Shown in pieces: positions 38,452 through 51,414 of a stretch of 64,000 bases of DNA (the first letter of the stretch is position 1; every line of letters begins with the position of its first letter). The stretch is from NCBI RefSeq assembly GCF_902459465.1, contig NC_047063.1, positions 7,068,001 to 7,132,000 of the forward strand, read 5' to 3'. This stretch comes from Asterias rubens. Its lineage: Eukaryota. The position numbers and the translations under genes were made by a program. The notes below the pieces were generated by a model. The model did not search any database and was not told the DNA's origin. It was given only the letters and a program-made list of their open reading frames with translations.

Positions 38452-39989
38452 TAACGTCCGTCGATGTCGGTTTTTTCCCATAACCGATATATCGAAAATT
38501 TAATATCGAGTATACTCGATATATCAAGTATTTCCCGCGCGCAAGATGGAAGCCTAAAAACAGCACTTGGTATACTCATGGAGGTAGAAATATATATACC
38601 ATAGACTGACAGTTTAATAGGGTTACATTTCAACCTGTTTTTGTCTGATCCCCCGAACTTGTTTGTAGTCCAAACAATTTCAGATTGCGTAGTCCCGCCT
38701 CGATTATTTCTGGTTTTACAACAAAGTATGATCGCCGCTACCGCTGGCTTGGCCAATTGGTGAACGCTCACCACAATTCTCGATTCGTGATTGGCCATGA
38801 TTGGCCGTCTCAAAATGACACAGAGCCTTTGTGAGTTGCGTGACTCGCCGACATTAAGGTGTCAGTTGCCGATGCACTGACGTAGAAGTGTCAATCAAGT
38901 TGTCCGACGGGCGCGCAGACTACCTTTACGGTTGAAAATGGTTGAGATAATCATCGAAAAAAAATCACTAGAAAGTCCCGTAAAACACAGACCTACCACT
39001 CAGCGATCACAATATACAACGCACGCAGCATGCAGTCACATAGTCTCCAATAAAGGCTCGTAGTCTTTTTACTTTGCATTCTATAACAAAGGCAAGAAAC
39101 ATTGAATGCTAGAACGCCCTCTATTGTCGAAATAACGCAGCGCATCGCGCGATACCGCCTGACCAAAGACTGCATGTGTCTGCGCATGCTTGGGCAAACG
39201 GGGTTTCCCCCCGAATTGCAATAACAATACACGCTGGTGTGCACGCTTAAACCGTACAACAGCATATTCTTCGCTGGTACGCACGCAATAGCCGCCGACA
39301 GCGTGGTCTGCGAAGCATATAGTTCCTTGGAAATGTTAGCTTGTTTACCGAAAACAACAAAACGTGTAGGCTTTATTTGACCAAAATGACGCCATTACGA
39401 TACCTCGGATTGATAGAAAGATTATTTTACTGTATAACGTAAGATTGTTTTCTTCCTTGTTTTGTTTTGTCTTGTTGATTCGGGGAAGTTTTTGCGGGGG
39501 TATTTTTGCAAAGTCAATAATGCTGTGATGAAGACGCATTGTTTTTGATCACATGCACAATGGGAAGTTGCATCTTAAACAGCCGATAGGCTAGGGCAGC
39601 AGCGGCGGTTTATTTTGAGGTTTTACCGTGCGCTCGCTGCGGAGTCGTGAACTTCTGCGGCGGGCCGGCGGCTGATGGCGAAAACACAAAGAACATGCAG
39701 ACATACTTGGTTGTAAAACGTATTTTATTTAATAGGGCAACTCAAAATGATGAAACTACATAACGACGACGGCTTTTCTAATACTCAAACACAGATTTCT
39801 TTTAAATAATCGGACACTCTTTTGGTATTTTCAATATCATTTAGGAACATCGAAATTTTCAATACATCGAAATTTTCGATACATATCGAAAATCCGATAT
39901 TACGATATGATTATAAAAGTGACATCGGCGATTTCGATGTCAAAAAAATATCGAGTTTTTGAGTATTTTCGATATATCGACGGACGTTA
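38452..39989. mobile_element. Non-autonomous hAT element, 1538 bp
   Basis: TIR TAACGTCCGTCGAT; perfect 8-bp TSD CTGTACGC (38444-38451, 39990-39997); subterminal CGATAT repeats. Confidence 0.88.
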
Positions 39990-40608
39990 CTGTACGCGTT
40001 GTCACGTTCTGCCTAACAGCAACGCAATTTAGCGGAACACTGCCCGGACTCTGCCCGGGCTCAGCGGCGCGTGTGTCGGTAGGGGTCCGCACAGCTTCCG
40101 CCATTCGCGCACCGTGTCCGGGTGGATTTCAAACTCGGGGCTACGTCTGATTTAGGGCATTATACTCATCAATACTTAGGTAGCATTCGGTTTTGTTTAA
40201 AGATTTATTATATAGTAACTAGTTTTAAGTCCTATGAATGGTAATTAATAAGAAATTAATTTTTTTTTTTTTTTTTTTTTTTAACTGGCATGTGATTAAG
40301 CTTTGTGTAGTTTAGTAAATAGTGATATGTGTTGCTGATAACTGATATATTCTGATGAAATTGACCTATGATGATAAATGATTTCCTATAGAATTATTTT
40401 ATTTATAATAATAATTTTATTAGTTCTAGTTATGATGAATGATTATTGTTCATGATTATTTATTAGTAATTGGACGATGATAATTGATTTTCACTTAACA
40501 CTCGCATTTTTTTCTCTCTCTCTTTCCATTTATTTTGCATATATACATGTATACATATATATTATGACAATAAAAATTAATTGTTTGACTTTATCTTTAC
40601 AGAACATC

Positions 40609-43600
40609 ATGGGTGATGAACTACAGCAGTGGCGTCAGAGAGTCGGCTTATTTGCCATGCCCTCTGTAAAAACTCCAAAGAGGCCGAGGCAATTTCAACA
40701 CCATGGAACCAACAGTTTGCCATTTAGTAGCCCATGGCTAGTGGTACTATTTGGCTTTGCTGCAGTGTTTGTCCTCGTTGACTCAGTCCTCGTTGTACAG
40801 CAGAAAGCTCCGCTAGCATTTGCCATCGAGCCTTTGACCAACACTAGTCTTCCCATCTGTCGGCTTGACCAGCTTCTTGTTTGTGGCGACATCGAAACTA
40901 ATCCTGGTCCTGAAGGCTTTACAGATGAACAACTAGAAGCATTGAAATCTGGTAGAGAGCTAGGGGATGCCCCTTCTGTTCTTTTGAACATACACATCCA
41001 GCAACTTCACGAATTGAAGAAGTCTTCTTCTCAGGTAACATGGGATGATGTTCTGTTGTGGCTTGCCCAATGTACGAATATACAAGTGACGGATCTCCCG
41101 AATGGAAAATCCCTCCGGAAACAGTGGGAAACCATGCATGTCAAGAGACGGGACCTGATGAAGAGATTCCAACGTAGCCCAGAACTTTTGCATACATGGG
41201 AGGAAACCCCGTACACATTTCCCCAGTCAAAACCAATAGGGCCACGATCAAAGGCAACAACTTGTAAAAGCGATATCGAAGCACTGCAATCCGCCAACGA
41301 AAGTCTAGCTCGTGAAGTGGGGGAACGAGTGTCACCTCATAAGTTAACAGTTTTGGGTCGGCGAGAAAAAAGACAAAAGAAAACTATCGGATTGCAGAAG
41401 GAAACAATCAAAGATTTTGAAAAAAAGATACACACACAGGACAAACTTTTGCACAAAGCAAAAAGTGCAAAACGAAAACTGAGCACCGACAAAGAATTTT
41501 TGACAAAGAAAGCAGCAAAGATAGACCTGAGCAAAGAGAGTAAAGTAGAACAGTATGAAACAGTCATAACAGCTCTAGAAAGACAGGTAGAAGAGCAGAA
41601 AGAAACCATTTTGGACTTGAGAGAAACCAATGCTGAACTCCTTCATCAACTCAAGAAACTGCAGTGTTGACTTCAACTAAAGACGGCGCCAAATGCTACT
41701 CGGCAGAAACACGGTCATGTATTTACAAGCTTCTCACTGCCCATGTAGCATTTGAGAACATTTCCCAGGTGATGTCAGCTGTATTAGAACTTGTGGGAAA
41801 GAAAGCGGATAGCCTGCCAACAGAAAGGACAGTTGCCCACATGAATGATGAGCGGCTTCTTCTTTCGCAACGTCAGATGGAGGAGCTCCAGAAAGAAACA
41901 AATCTCACTGTATCTACTGATGAGACACCCAAAGGGGGGGATATTTTTATGACTTACACTGTTTCTGGGACAGAATCATCGTATGTGTTGGGGTTGAGAG
42001 AAATGGTCTCCAAAAGTGCAGAGGACACACTTTCAACTTTCAAAATAATATTAGATGACATTTCATTTATCTGTAGTAACGGTAATTCTAACCTTGGTAT
42101 GAAAATTCTGGCACAAATAAAAAACACCATGAGTGATAGGGCAGCAACAGAGTCTAAATTCAATGACCTGCTAAAGGCATATAGGGAAGAGTGCCTGCCT
42201 AAAGTAAAACAAAATTGGGGTGATTTCACAGATGCTGCTAAAGAAAAAATTGTATATATGAATAATTTCTTTTGTGGGCTGGACTTACTTGTATCTATGG
42301 CAGAAACCATTAGCAAAAGTTTCAAAGGTTTTGAAGGTGTGTTCCTGGGGGGGAAAAAAAGTTGGAGCTGAGGCAGTCGCTGGAGTATCTGTATTTGGTT
42401 CAGACAGTGGTATAGTTAGGCTTGTTCGCACTACCTGTAAGGCACTTTCTAAGGGTGGGGATTAAAAAAGTGGGTGTTTCAGAGCCTGGAAAACATACAT
42501 GACACAGAAGGGATTTGCTTCAAGATATTTACAAAATTTCCGAGGCAACAGGTTTAACATTGTATTTTTGCTAGGGGGACGGGTTTTTCATGTTAGAGAT
42601 TATGTGTACGATTTTCTTCACAATGTTGTTGGACAAACAAATGGTTTGTTGAAAGCTGTCCATGCAGATATACAGGTAGACTTGTATTTAGCTGGCTGTA
42701 AAGTGTTGGGAATTATTAACAAAATGGTAACTGCTCCTCTCTGGCGTGTAACTGAGACACCAGGGCATATTCTTGACATGTGTGATATATATTCGAACAT
42801 GAACACCTTTTTTGACCAAATCCTTCAGTCTGATGAAAAACTTTCTGAGTTTTATTGTCAAGGATGATGTTTTTAATTCCCTGTCATCTGAATGGGAAAA
42901 AGATGACATCACTTTAAGTCTAATGAGGCACACAATAATTACATTACAACAGCTAATTAGTCGAGTTACAGAAGATTACATGCCTGGTGGAAAATATCAC
43001 AATGCCAAAAAATCAAAGTCTTTCAGAGCAGACACTGCTTCCACACCTAAACATAATAAATTGCCTGAAAGAGTGTTTGGATACTTAGATTATTTAATTA
43101 AGAAACGCCTGAGTGCCTCTGCAATTGCCAATGAGGCACAAATAATGTTTGTTTTTAACAAGACATCAGATTTCATGACTTCCTTGAGTAAAGAAGAAAA
43201 GAATGAAATGATAAATAGTGTAATAGGAAAACCCACAAAAGAACTCCGAGAAAAGGCAAAACAGAGAGAAAAAGTAAGGCATGAAGCACTAGTGAAAAAG
43301 CAGCAAGAAAAACAAATTCAACTAGAAAAAAGTCGTAAACTAAAACTAAAACGCAAAGAAGATTTAACTAACTTAATAATAGATGCTGGTCTTTGGCAGT
43401 CAAGGGAACAGGTAGATGGTAAAATGAATGAATGTGATAACAACAATGAAAGATTCAATGCTTGTAAAAATCAGATAAAATTTCGAAGAGACATATTGCA
43501 TCAGTTGCTTCCTGACGACAAGAAATTTAAATTTTCTGAGCAAGGGATAAAAAAGACTTGGACTGCTATGCGTGATCACTTATACAAATTTATAGATGCT

Positions 43601-43876
43601 GCTTTGTCTCATGTTGAAGGGGAATCAGCCCAAACTATGACTTCCAATGATGAAACTGTTAGTATTCCCTTGTTGGTTGGTAAGATGGTAACCCACTTCT
43701 TTATTTCTGAAGGGGAAAGACTACCATACACTGGTAAAGTTATCAGTCAAGTACCAGGGTTTCCACAGTGGTTTAACATAGTCTATGATGATGACGAAGC
43801 TGTTTATACTTACAAGTTAATTGACGACTACAAGGAGGGAAATTTAGAGCTACATGTAGTACCTTTAGATATATAA
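40609..43876 (+). pseudogene. Transposase copy F (subfamily 2), full length with a few frameshifts and stops; complete Spindlin-like Tudor C-terminus
   Basis: ATG follows a splice acceptor; MGDELQQWRQRVG, CGDIETNPGP, STDETPK, MSDRAATE, FFCGLDLL, FRGNRFN, KHNKLPERVFG, LLVGKMVTHFF...YTG...WFNIVY...VYTYKLIDDYKEGNL. Confidence 0.92.
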
Positions 43877-45060
43877 ACTTGTACATGAAGATCAGCAGGA
43901 TATTTATTCAGGGGAATAATAGTAATACAGTACTTAAAATTGGGTACATTTAGTCATGTACATGTACCAGACCTATACTCTGTTGTGCACCCATCATGCC
44001 ATCATTCTGCTGGGAGATCAAAAAAAAACCTGTTAATTTGCTGATAAACACCAAACATTACAAATGGTAATTGTGCAAATGCAGTTGAATAACTAATTTT
44101 TGTTAAGTGTCTACTTGTGTTGATTCTCAATACAGAGGAACATGTATACAATTAACTGATACCTTAATGATAAGATGAATAGAATGCACCTGTTGACCAA
44201 GAATTATGTTTGTACGATTTTGTTTGCAAGACTTATGGTCTTTTACTTTTGTTTACTCTTTTGTTTACTACTTTTCTTTTATCATGAAATACAGTAAACA
44301 AACAACAGGCTTATTAATTAAGTTCTTACTTAAGGTATGCTATGTTATTTGTCAGCACTATGGTTACAACACTTGTCGCCTCTGTTTCCATGCCAAAAAA
44401 ACCTACTCGAGATGCTAGTTCTGAACATAAACTGCCTTTAAGTAAACATGTTTGTTTACATATGTTACCATAGCAACCTGTTATAATTAAATGTGTGATT
44501 AATTAATACACATGACGTGAATTTATTTGGTTAGTCTTTATGTACATGTTGACAAAAAATTATTTGTGTGCGATTTTTTTTGCGAGAGTTATGGTCATTT
44601 ACTTTTTTTTACTCTTTTGTTTACTACATTTCTTTATCGTGAATTACAGTAAACAAACAAAATGCTAATTAATTACTTTATTATTGCAGGTATGTGATTT
44701 TTTTTTGTCAGAACTATGATTACTACACTTGTTACTTCTGTTTCCATTCCACAAAAACCTTAAGTGATGCAGATTATTAACATAAACTGCCTTTAAGTAA
44801 ACATGTTTGTTTACATTTGTTACCATAGCAACCTGTTATAATTAAATGTGTGATTAATTAATACACATGATGTGAATTTATTTGGTTAGTCTTTATGTAC
44901 ATGTTGACAAAAAATTATTTGTGTGCGATTTTGTTTGCGAGAGTTATGGTCATTTACTTTTGTTTACTCTTTTGTTTACGACTTTTCTTTATCTTGAAAT
45001 ATAGTAAACAAACAAAATGCTAACTAGTTATGTTATTATCGCGGGTATGTGATATTATTT

Positions 45061-48000
45061 GTGATGCGATCTGGGAAAACTCGTCGGATGTCGCTGAACG
45101 CGTACTGAAGATAATCAAAAAATAGTCCCCACAACTATTTTTTTTACATTTTGAGTTTTCGCTTCTGTTTTGTTGATCAATATCTAATTTAACATTCGGT
45201 AAAATATCTAATAAAAATTCCCATGATTTAGATGTCAAATTGTAGTTTTACGGTGACAGGTTTTATGTTTCCATTGCCATTGTTTTATGTTTCCGCCATA
45301 TTGTTTGAAAGGACTGCGGCGGCTGTGTACATGTACAAGCACAGCCGATCATAACTCCAGATTGCTTTAGCGTACAGGGCCAAATAACACATCAAAATCA
45401 AGCCTAAACACTGTTGAACAAGCACATTATTAATCCGCACTCGTATGTACATCCATTGTACATGCATCGATCTTTTAGGTGACCTTTGGCCTTTTTGCAA
45501 TGTTTACATCGTGACCCTTTATTTGACCGCTCTATTTTTGCATCAATTCCAGTGTAATTTTATTGCCGTATCTTTTACATTGAGTAATAATAAATAAGAT
45601 GCTTTTAGCAACATTTGTGACTTGTAAAAATGTGATTTGGTGACTACTTGGAGGTGTTATTACCTTGTAAACTTGGCGAGTTTGAGGCGGTGTGTGAGCT
45701 GTGTGTTCATGTTGTTGGACTAATTGCAATCCAAGAAGGCAGCCTCCATGGACGCGAATTCTAGAAGTGCAACGCAAGTTGCAGCGTGCATAGACGAAGC
45801 GAGAGGGTTGAATTTGTACACTTCAGAAGATGATCAAGTTTTGAAAGAGGTCATAGTTGATTATTTCACAGCTAGAGATGCTAGTGATGATTCAGATTTG
45901 TCGGATGATGAGGAGAGTTTTGATGACCAGGACGGGGATGCCGCCATTGATGATGACATTGACATGATAAGTCTTAGTGAGGCTGATCCAGATGAAAATG
46001 ATGATCAAGGTTTGTTTTGCACTTTTGGGTCCTCTATTTCATTTGTTTTTAAAAATACAGTGTAGTTTTCATAATTTTTACAGTTGTATAAACTGAAAAT
46101 CCAGTGGGGGGCCTATGTGTTTTCAAGCTATTTCTTTTGGTATTTTTTTAATTTCGGGGAATTTTTTGTGACTTGGTGGTGTGGTGAGAATCTTAGCAAA
46201 TTGGTAGGGACCGCAATGTGGATTATGCGCATCATACTGTGCAGCATCGTTTGAATGAAACATCGTTTCTCTATTCGGATCAGTTTCGTGTGTTTATCGC
46301 AAAGACTGATGGGATATATGGCAGCGTCTCTTCTTTATATCTTCAATTTGATCGTTACCGCTACAAAAATACTCAAGAACTTCATCAAAAATACTCAAGA
46401 ACTTCATCAAAATTTCGCTGTTTCTCAGGTAAGAATATTTTCAAATCGTAATTAAGGGGTATAAATAACCGTAGAATGTTACCAGTAGTCATGTCAAAAC
46501 ACTAAACAAACAACCCCTTTTTAATCGTATTGTCTTTTTGAAAATGTGCTTAATAAATCTTGTTAATAATAATAATAATAATAATAATTGGGGTTTCTTC
46601 ATTGCCCTATATTTAAAACAAAATTAATAATTTTGTTATTATTATTAATATTATCTTTTATTTTTTCAGATGGTGGGGGACCTGTTATTGAAGACGTGGA
46701 TGATATTTTGCCACCACTCCCACCTTTAGAGGACCATGATGACTCACAAGTTGAAGCTGCTGGTGGGTTCAGGTGCAGCTGTAAGCACAATGCAGGCAAT
46801 CCTTGTTACACGATGTTTGCTGATGGAGAAATTGAGGCGATTCGTTGCTGTTTTCTAGAAATGACTCGTGATGAATTGGATATAGCAATCTTAGCTAAAC
46901 TGTCATGTGGTATGCACTTGTCTGATATGACTTCAAGATCTAGAAGAGCCCAAAGTGAAAGGAAAACACAGAAAACAGACTTCTACCACCACAGCAAGAG
47001 AATTTGTCGCGATACGTTTAAGTATGTCCACGGTATTGGACAAGACAAATTGAACAACCTTATCAAACACTACAAAGAACATGGAGTCATCCCTCGCACA
47101 CACGGCAACAAAAAACGTCGACCATATAATGCAGTGACGGCTGACGACAACATCTACGTGGCACATTTTGTGTTAAACTATGCTGAGACTCATGCTATGC
47201 ATTTACCAGGCAGAGTACCAGGCTACTGGCGTACCGACTTAAAACTATTGCCTACAAACTGTTCAAAGAGAATAGTGTACGATAGTTACTATGCAGCCGT
47301 CACACAGACAACGCATCGTGCTGTATCATTGGTTACATTTCGCAGGATCTGGCGAGAAGTTGTTCCGTTTGTTGTCACAATGAAACCTTCCACGGATTTG
47401 TGTTGGTTCTGTCAGAAACATCAAATGAAAATAAGTAATGCAGCAAATAGAACGGACGCAGAGAAAGCAGAACTTCTTAAGATAGCCACCGACCATCTGC
47501 AACGAGAACGCTTGATGTACAATGAAATCTGCAAGGAGACTAAAGAGAATCTGCCTGTTGGATTAGATTGTGGTCAACACCCCCCATGCAGCTTTGATGG
47601 AAAAATGCACTATAGTATGGATTTTGCACAGCAAGTGCATTATCCGTCAAATCCCCAGCAACCTGGCCCTGTTTTCTTTAAAACACCAAGGAAGTGTGGG
47701 GTTTTTGGGGTTGCGTGTGAGGCCCTTCCCAAGCAAGTAACTTTTCTTTTGGATGAAAGCGTGCAGACTGGTAAAGGTGCTAACTGCGTAATCAGCTTAT
47801 TTCATTTTTATCTTGACAACTATGGCCTTGGAGAGACCGACATGCATCTACACGCAGACAATTGCTCAGGTCAAAACAAGAACTCATACGTTATGTGGTA
47901 TATGCTTTGGCGAGTTTTAACCGGCAGGCACAATTCAATAACAATGAGCTTCCTACTGGCAGGACACACCAAATTCAGTTGTGATTGGTGTTTTGGCTTA

Positions 48001-49351
48001 TTCAAGCGCACATTCCGTCGCACCAAGGTAGACTGCCTGAATGATATTGCTGACACAGTGTCCAACTCTAGTACAGCTGGAGTCAATGTTCCACATCTCT
48101 GTGGACAAGAGGATGGGACCGTTCTTGTGAAGGTTTACGATTGGTCATCATATCTAAGCCGTTACTTCAACAAAGTTAAGCAAATAAAGGCAAACCATCA
48201 TTTTCACTTTGACCACTTATCAACCAGTGTAACTGTTAAGCGTTTTTGTGACACGGATACTTCAGTTCAGGAGCTTATTAAAGTCCCCGGTATACTGCCA
48301 GCGCATGAAGAAATGCCAGTGCAGATTCTGCCAAAGGGGCTTGATGCCAAGCGAAAACTGTACTTGTTTAAGGAGATTCGCGAATTTGTCGCTGAGGACA
48401 AACAAGATCTTGTGTGCCCTCCACCAGTTATTGAAGATTCTGAGAGTGACTCAAGCACAAGGGATAGTGAGTCAGATGAGGAGACAGCACCACCGCCTCA
48501 AAAGCGTGGGCGCCAACCACGCGGACTCAAACATTAAACAGTAGACAATATCTAGGAAACTACAAGAAAGCATAGCATCAACCATTTTCAAGATAGCTCC
48601 ACCCCCACCCCACCCCAACACCCAGTAGCAAAGTAATCTATCAAATACAAAGGCTAAACATAGCTTTGGGTAAACATTTTCATGCATTGTACACCATGTG
48701 ACACAAAGACTTGTGTGGTATAAATTTTATTCAATAGAAATTTTCAATAATTTAAATTATTCAAATTTCGGCCTCCCTCTTCTGTTGAAAAGGGCCACAC
48801 CCCTAAAAAGGAGGGGTTTTAGAATGTAGGATTTCCACCAGGGAGTATTATAACATTTGCCAACAAACATAAAGTCATTAAAGCTCATGCAAATATACAA
48901 ATAAAATGTTCAACAATTATTTTAGATTAAAATTATTAGCATGAACCTAGCTTCCCCCTAACAATAAAATTAGGCCACGCCCCTAAAAAGGAGGTTAGTT
49001 GGTGTGGTTGGCGACATTAATCTGGGTATTATGATAACTATTAACATTCAAGCATAGGTGATTATAACAAAAATACCCCCAACAAGTTTGTTTGATGTAA
49101 TTACAATTTTTGCAATGTTTCAGTCACATTGTTAATTTGTGTCAATATTCAATTGGAACTTTAACGCTTGATTTCTCAAAACGAGGTCAGCTGGTCTTTC
49201 GAACTTCATCAGAGTGTAACTTGAGTTGTGGACATCATATAACCATAAATAAACCAGTTTTGAAAAGAACAAAGTGTCCTCTTTAATGTTATGTATATAA
49301 CTCAGAAATGACTAATTTCACCATGTGAAGGGTTTTCCCAGATCGCATCAC
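45061..49351 (+). mobile_element. Sola1 DNA transposon, apparently complete (4291 bp)
   Basis: 20-bp perfect TIR GTGATGCGATCTGGGAAAAC; perfect 4-bp ATTT TSD (AWWT, typical of Sola1); flanks rejoin the host repeat unit. Confidence 0.9.
45748..48537 (+). CDS. Sola DDD transposase, two exons (45748-46009 and 46670-48537, about 709 aa), open
   Basis: Phase-1 GT-AG intron joins the exons in frame; CSC..C Zn motif, MDFAQQVHYP, ADNCSGQNKN, GHTKFSCDWCFG; C-terminal KKRGR-like basic motif. Confidence 0.85.
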
Positions 49352-50639
49352 ATTTGTCAGAATTATGATTGCTACACTTGTTACTTCTGTTTCCATTCCA
49401 CAATAACCTTAAAGGGACACGTTGGCTTCGGGTTGCGCTTTATTGGGCGTTTTTGGGCTATGACAAGCGTTTGATGTGAAATGATTACGGTTGGAAAGAT
49501 GTTAAAAAAGTAGAATATAATGATCTACACAAACATGCCTTAGAAATGCTTCGCTTTTGCTAACTTTCTCGAAACAAAACGCTCCGCCATTTATGGGGGT
49601 CAAGATTTTGACTCCCATAAATGGCCGCCAAATTCACTAGTCTTATTTCCAGTCGCAGCCTTTGAACTATACGACTGAGCAATTATTAACCATTTTACGA
49701 ACCCCATTTGTATCTATCTCTTCCTCCATGGTTACCAACAACAAAAAACAGTTCATGAACAAAAATAAAAGGGCCTACGTTGAATTAACTTTTTATAAAT
49801 CTATCTAAGCAGCAAGTTCAGCCCACGTCCCGGGGCCGAGCGGCTGCCGTCCAGCGGGCCATCATCCCCCGCGACCAGACCTCCCCAGACGCACTGAACT
49901 CCCCGTTCTTGCTCGTACGATGTAGGATTTTAGCGGGGCCAGTCTAGTAATGCGAATACTTTGTACACGAAAGAATGTCTAGTACCCGTTTTACTAATAC
50001 TAATAGTGCATGTGATTCTGTAGTCGTGTGTCTCTTTTTGCCTCGGGCCTTTGCAGCAAAAAGACGAGATTATTTAATACCAACTAGCGAGTGGAGTTGA
50101 AACAAAACTACAGCTAGAGAATTCATCCTCTCATAAAACATCTGCTCAGACATGTCGGAGAGGCGTTTACCGTGTTTACCGCGTAAGTATAGTATGCAAT
50201 TGCGAGTCACATATACCCCACGGCCACAGTTCGTTTTTAGATACAAAATTACAGGGACTTTACTTATCTGTCCTTTCTCTATGCTGTTTGCATGTACATG
50301 TAGAGTCACAGGGCAACAGGACAGTGGTGTCTATCTAATACTAGTCCATCGCCATAGGATAGATGTCACTTGTCTTATTTGCCAACATGATCCTTTCTTC
50401 GGGGTATACATTCATTGTTTTATAAAATAATGTTTATGTCTATTGTGGGGATGTAATTCCTTGACCTTGGTCTTGGACGGTACTATTTGAGGTAGCTCCT
50501 GTTTACATTGCTCAGAATCATTTGACAGCAAAATTTACTGTGCGATGCATCTGAACAGGGAGCACATACTGCAAATGGTAGTTGGCAAGGAAAGCTAAAA
50601 TAAAGTAATACTCTTGTCCACAAAAATGAAGCTTCCATA

Positions 50640-50800
50640 GGCCCTTTTCGAAACCACGGCTTCGGCTTTGGATTCGGCTTCAGACTCCGTCCTCTTGTCT
50701 GAATCCCTACGCAAAGCACGCTCAGTATTGTCCAAACATCTGCGGGGCCAAGCTAGCCCGAGCTGAATCCAAAGCCAAAGCCGTGGTTTCAAAAAGGGCC
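50640..50800. mobile_element. Harbinger-like MITE
   Basis: TIR GGCCCTTTTxGAAACCACGGC; 3-bp ATA on both flanks. Confidence 0.65.
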
Positions 50801-51044
50801 ATAGTCTAGAAGAACTCTTTTCAAACATTACAAAACAAAATCAGAAACGGGGAACAATTTTATTATTTTGTAACATTTTTGTACTGATACTTGATTCTGG
50901 CAATCAAGTATCAGTGAAAGTTGGGTGGTGATGTGATTATTGAAGCCGGTATGGACAAGAAAGAGTACACGTACATCAAAGAAGTTTTCCAAGCACGGTT
51001 AGATGACAACCAGCTTCTTCGCAGGACAGGAAAACTCTGCTAAT

Positions 51045-51414
51045 TAGGCCTGGGCGACCAGTGAAAATTACTAATCGACTAGTCGCACCTCCATCCAATA
51101 GTTGCGACTACGACACTAGTCGCGACAAATTTTTAATTATCACGATGCACTGTGGCAATGTGTGCCGCAAGCACAATATAGTCTAATTCAAGCGAAAAAG
51201 ATTGAAGATTTGTGTCACTGATGTCTGACTGTGTTCTGTAAGTAAATTATGTTGTCATGAATAGTAATGAGCGACTAAATTGGTTCACCAAACAGGTAGA
51301 CACAATTTTTTTTAAACTATTTTTGTAGCACGTTTAACCGGATAGTTGAAAACAATAGTCGCGACTCGACTAAGGATTCAATAGTTGGAGTCCGACACTA
51401 GTCGCCCAGGCTTA
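51045..51414. mobile_element. hAT-like MITE
   Basis: TIR TAxGCCTGGGCGAC; TSD CTGCTAAT / CCGCTAAT (7/8); internal CGACTA repeats. Confidence 0.78.

Noticed and set aside
43667-43876. Host spindlin gene
   Set aside because: A single module fused in frame to a transposase and repeated in paralogous copies
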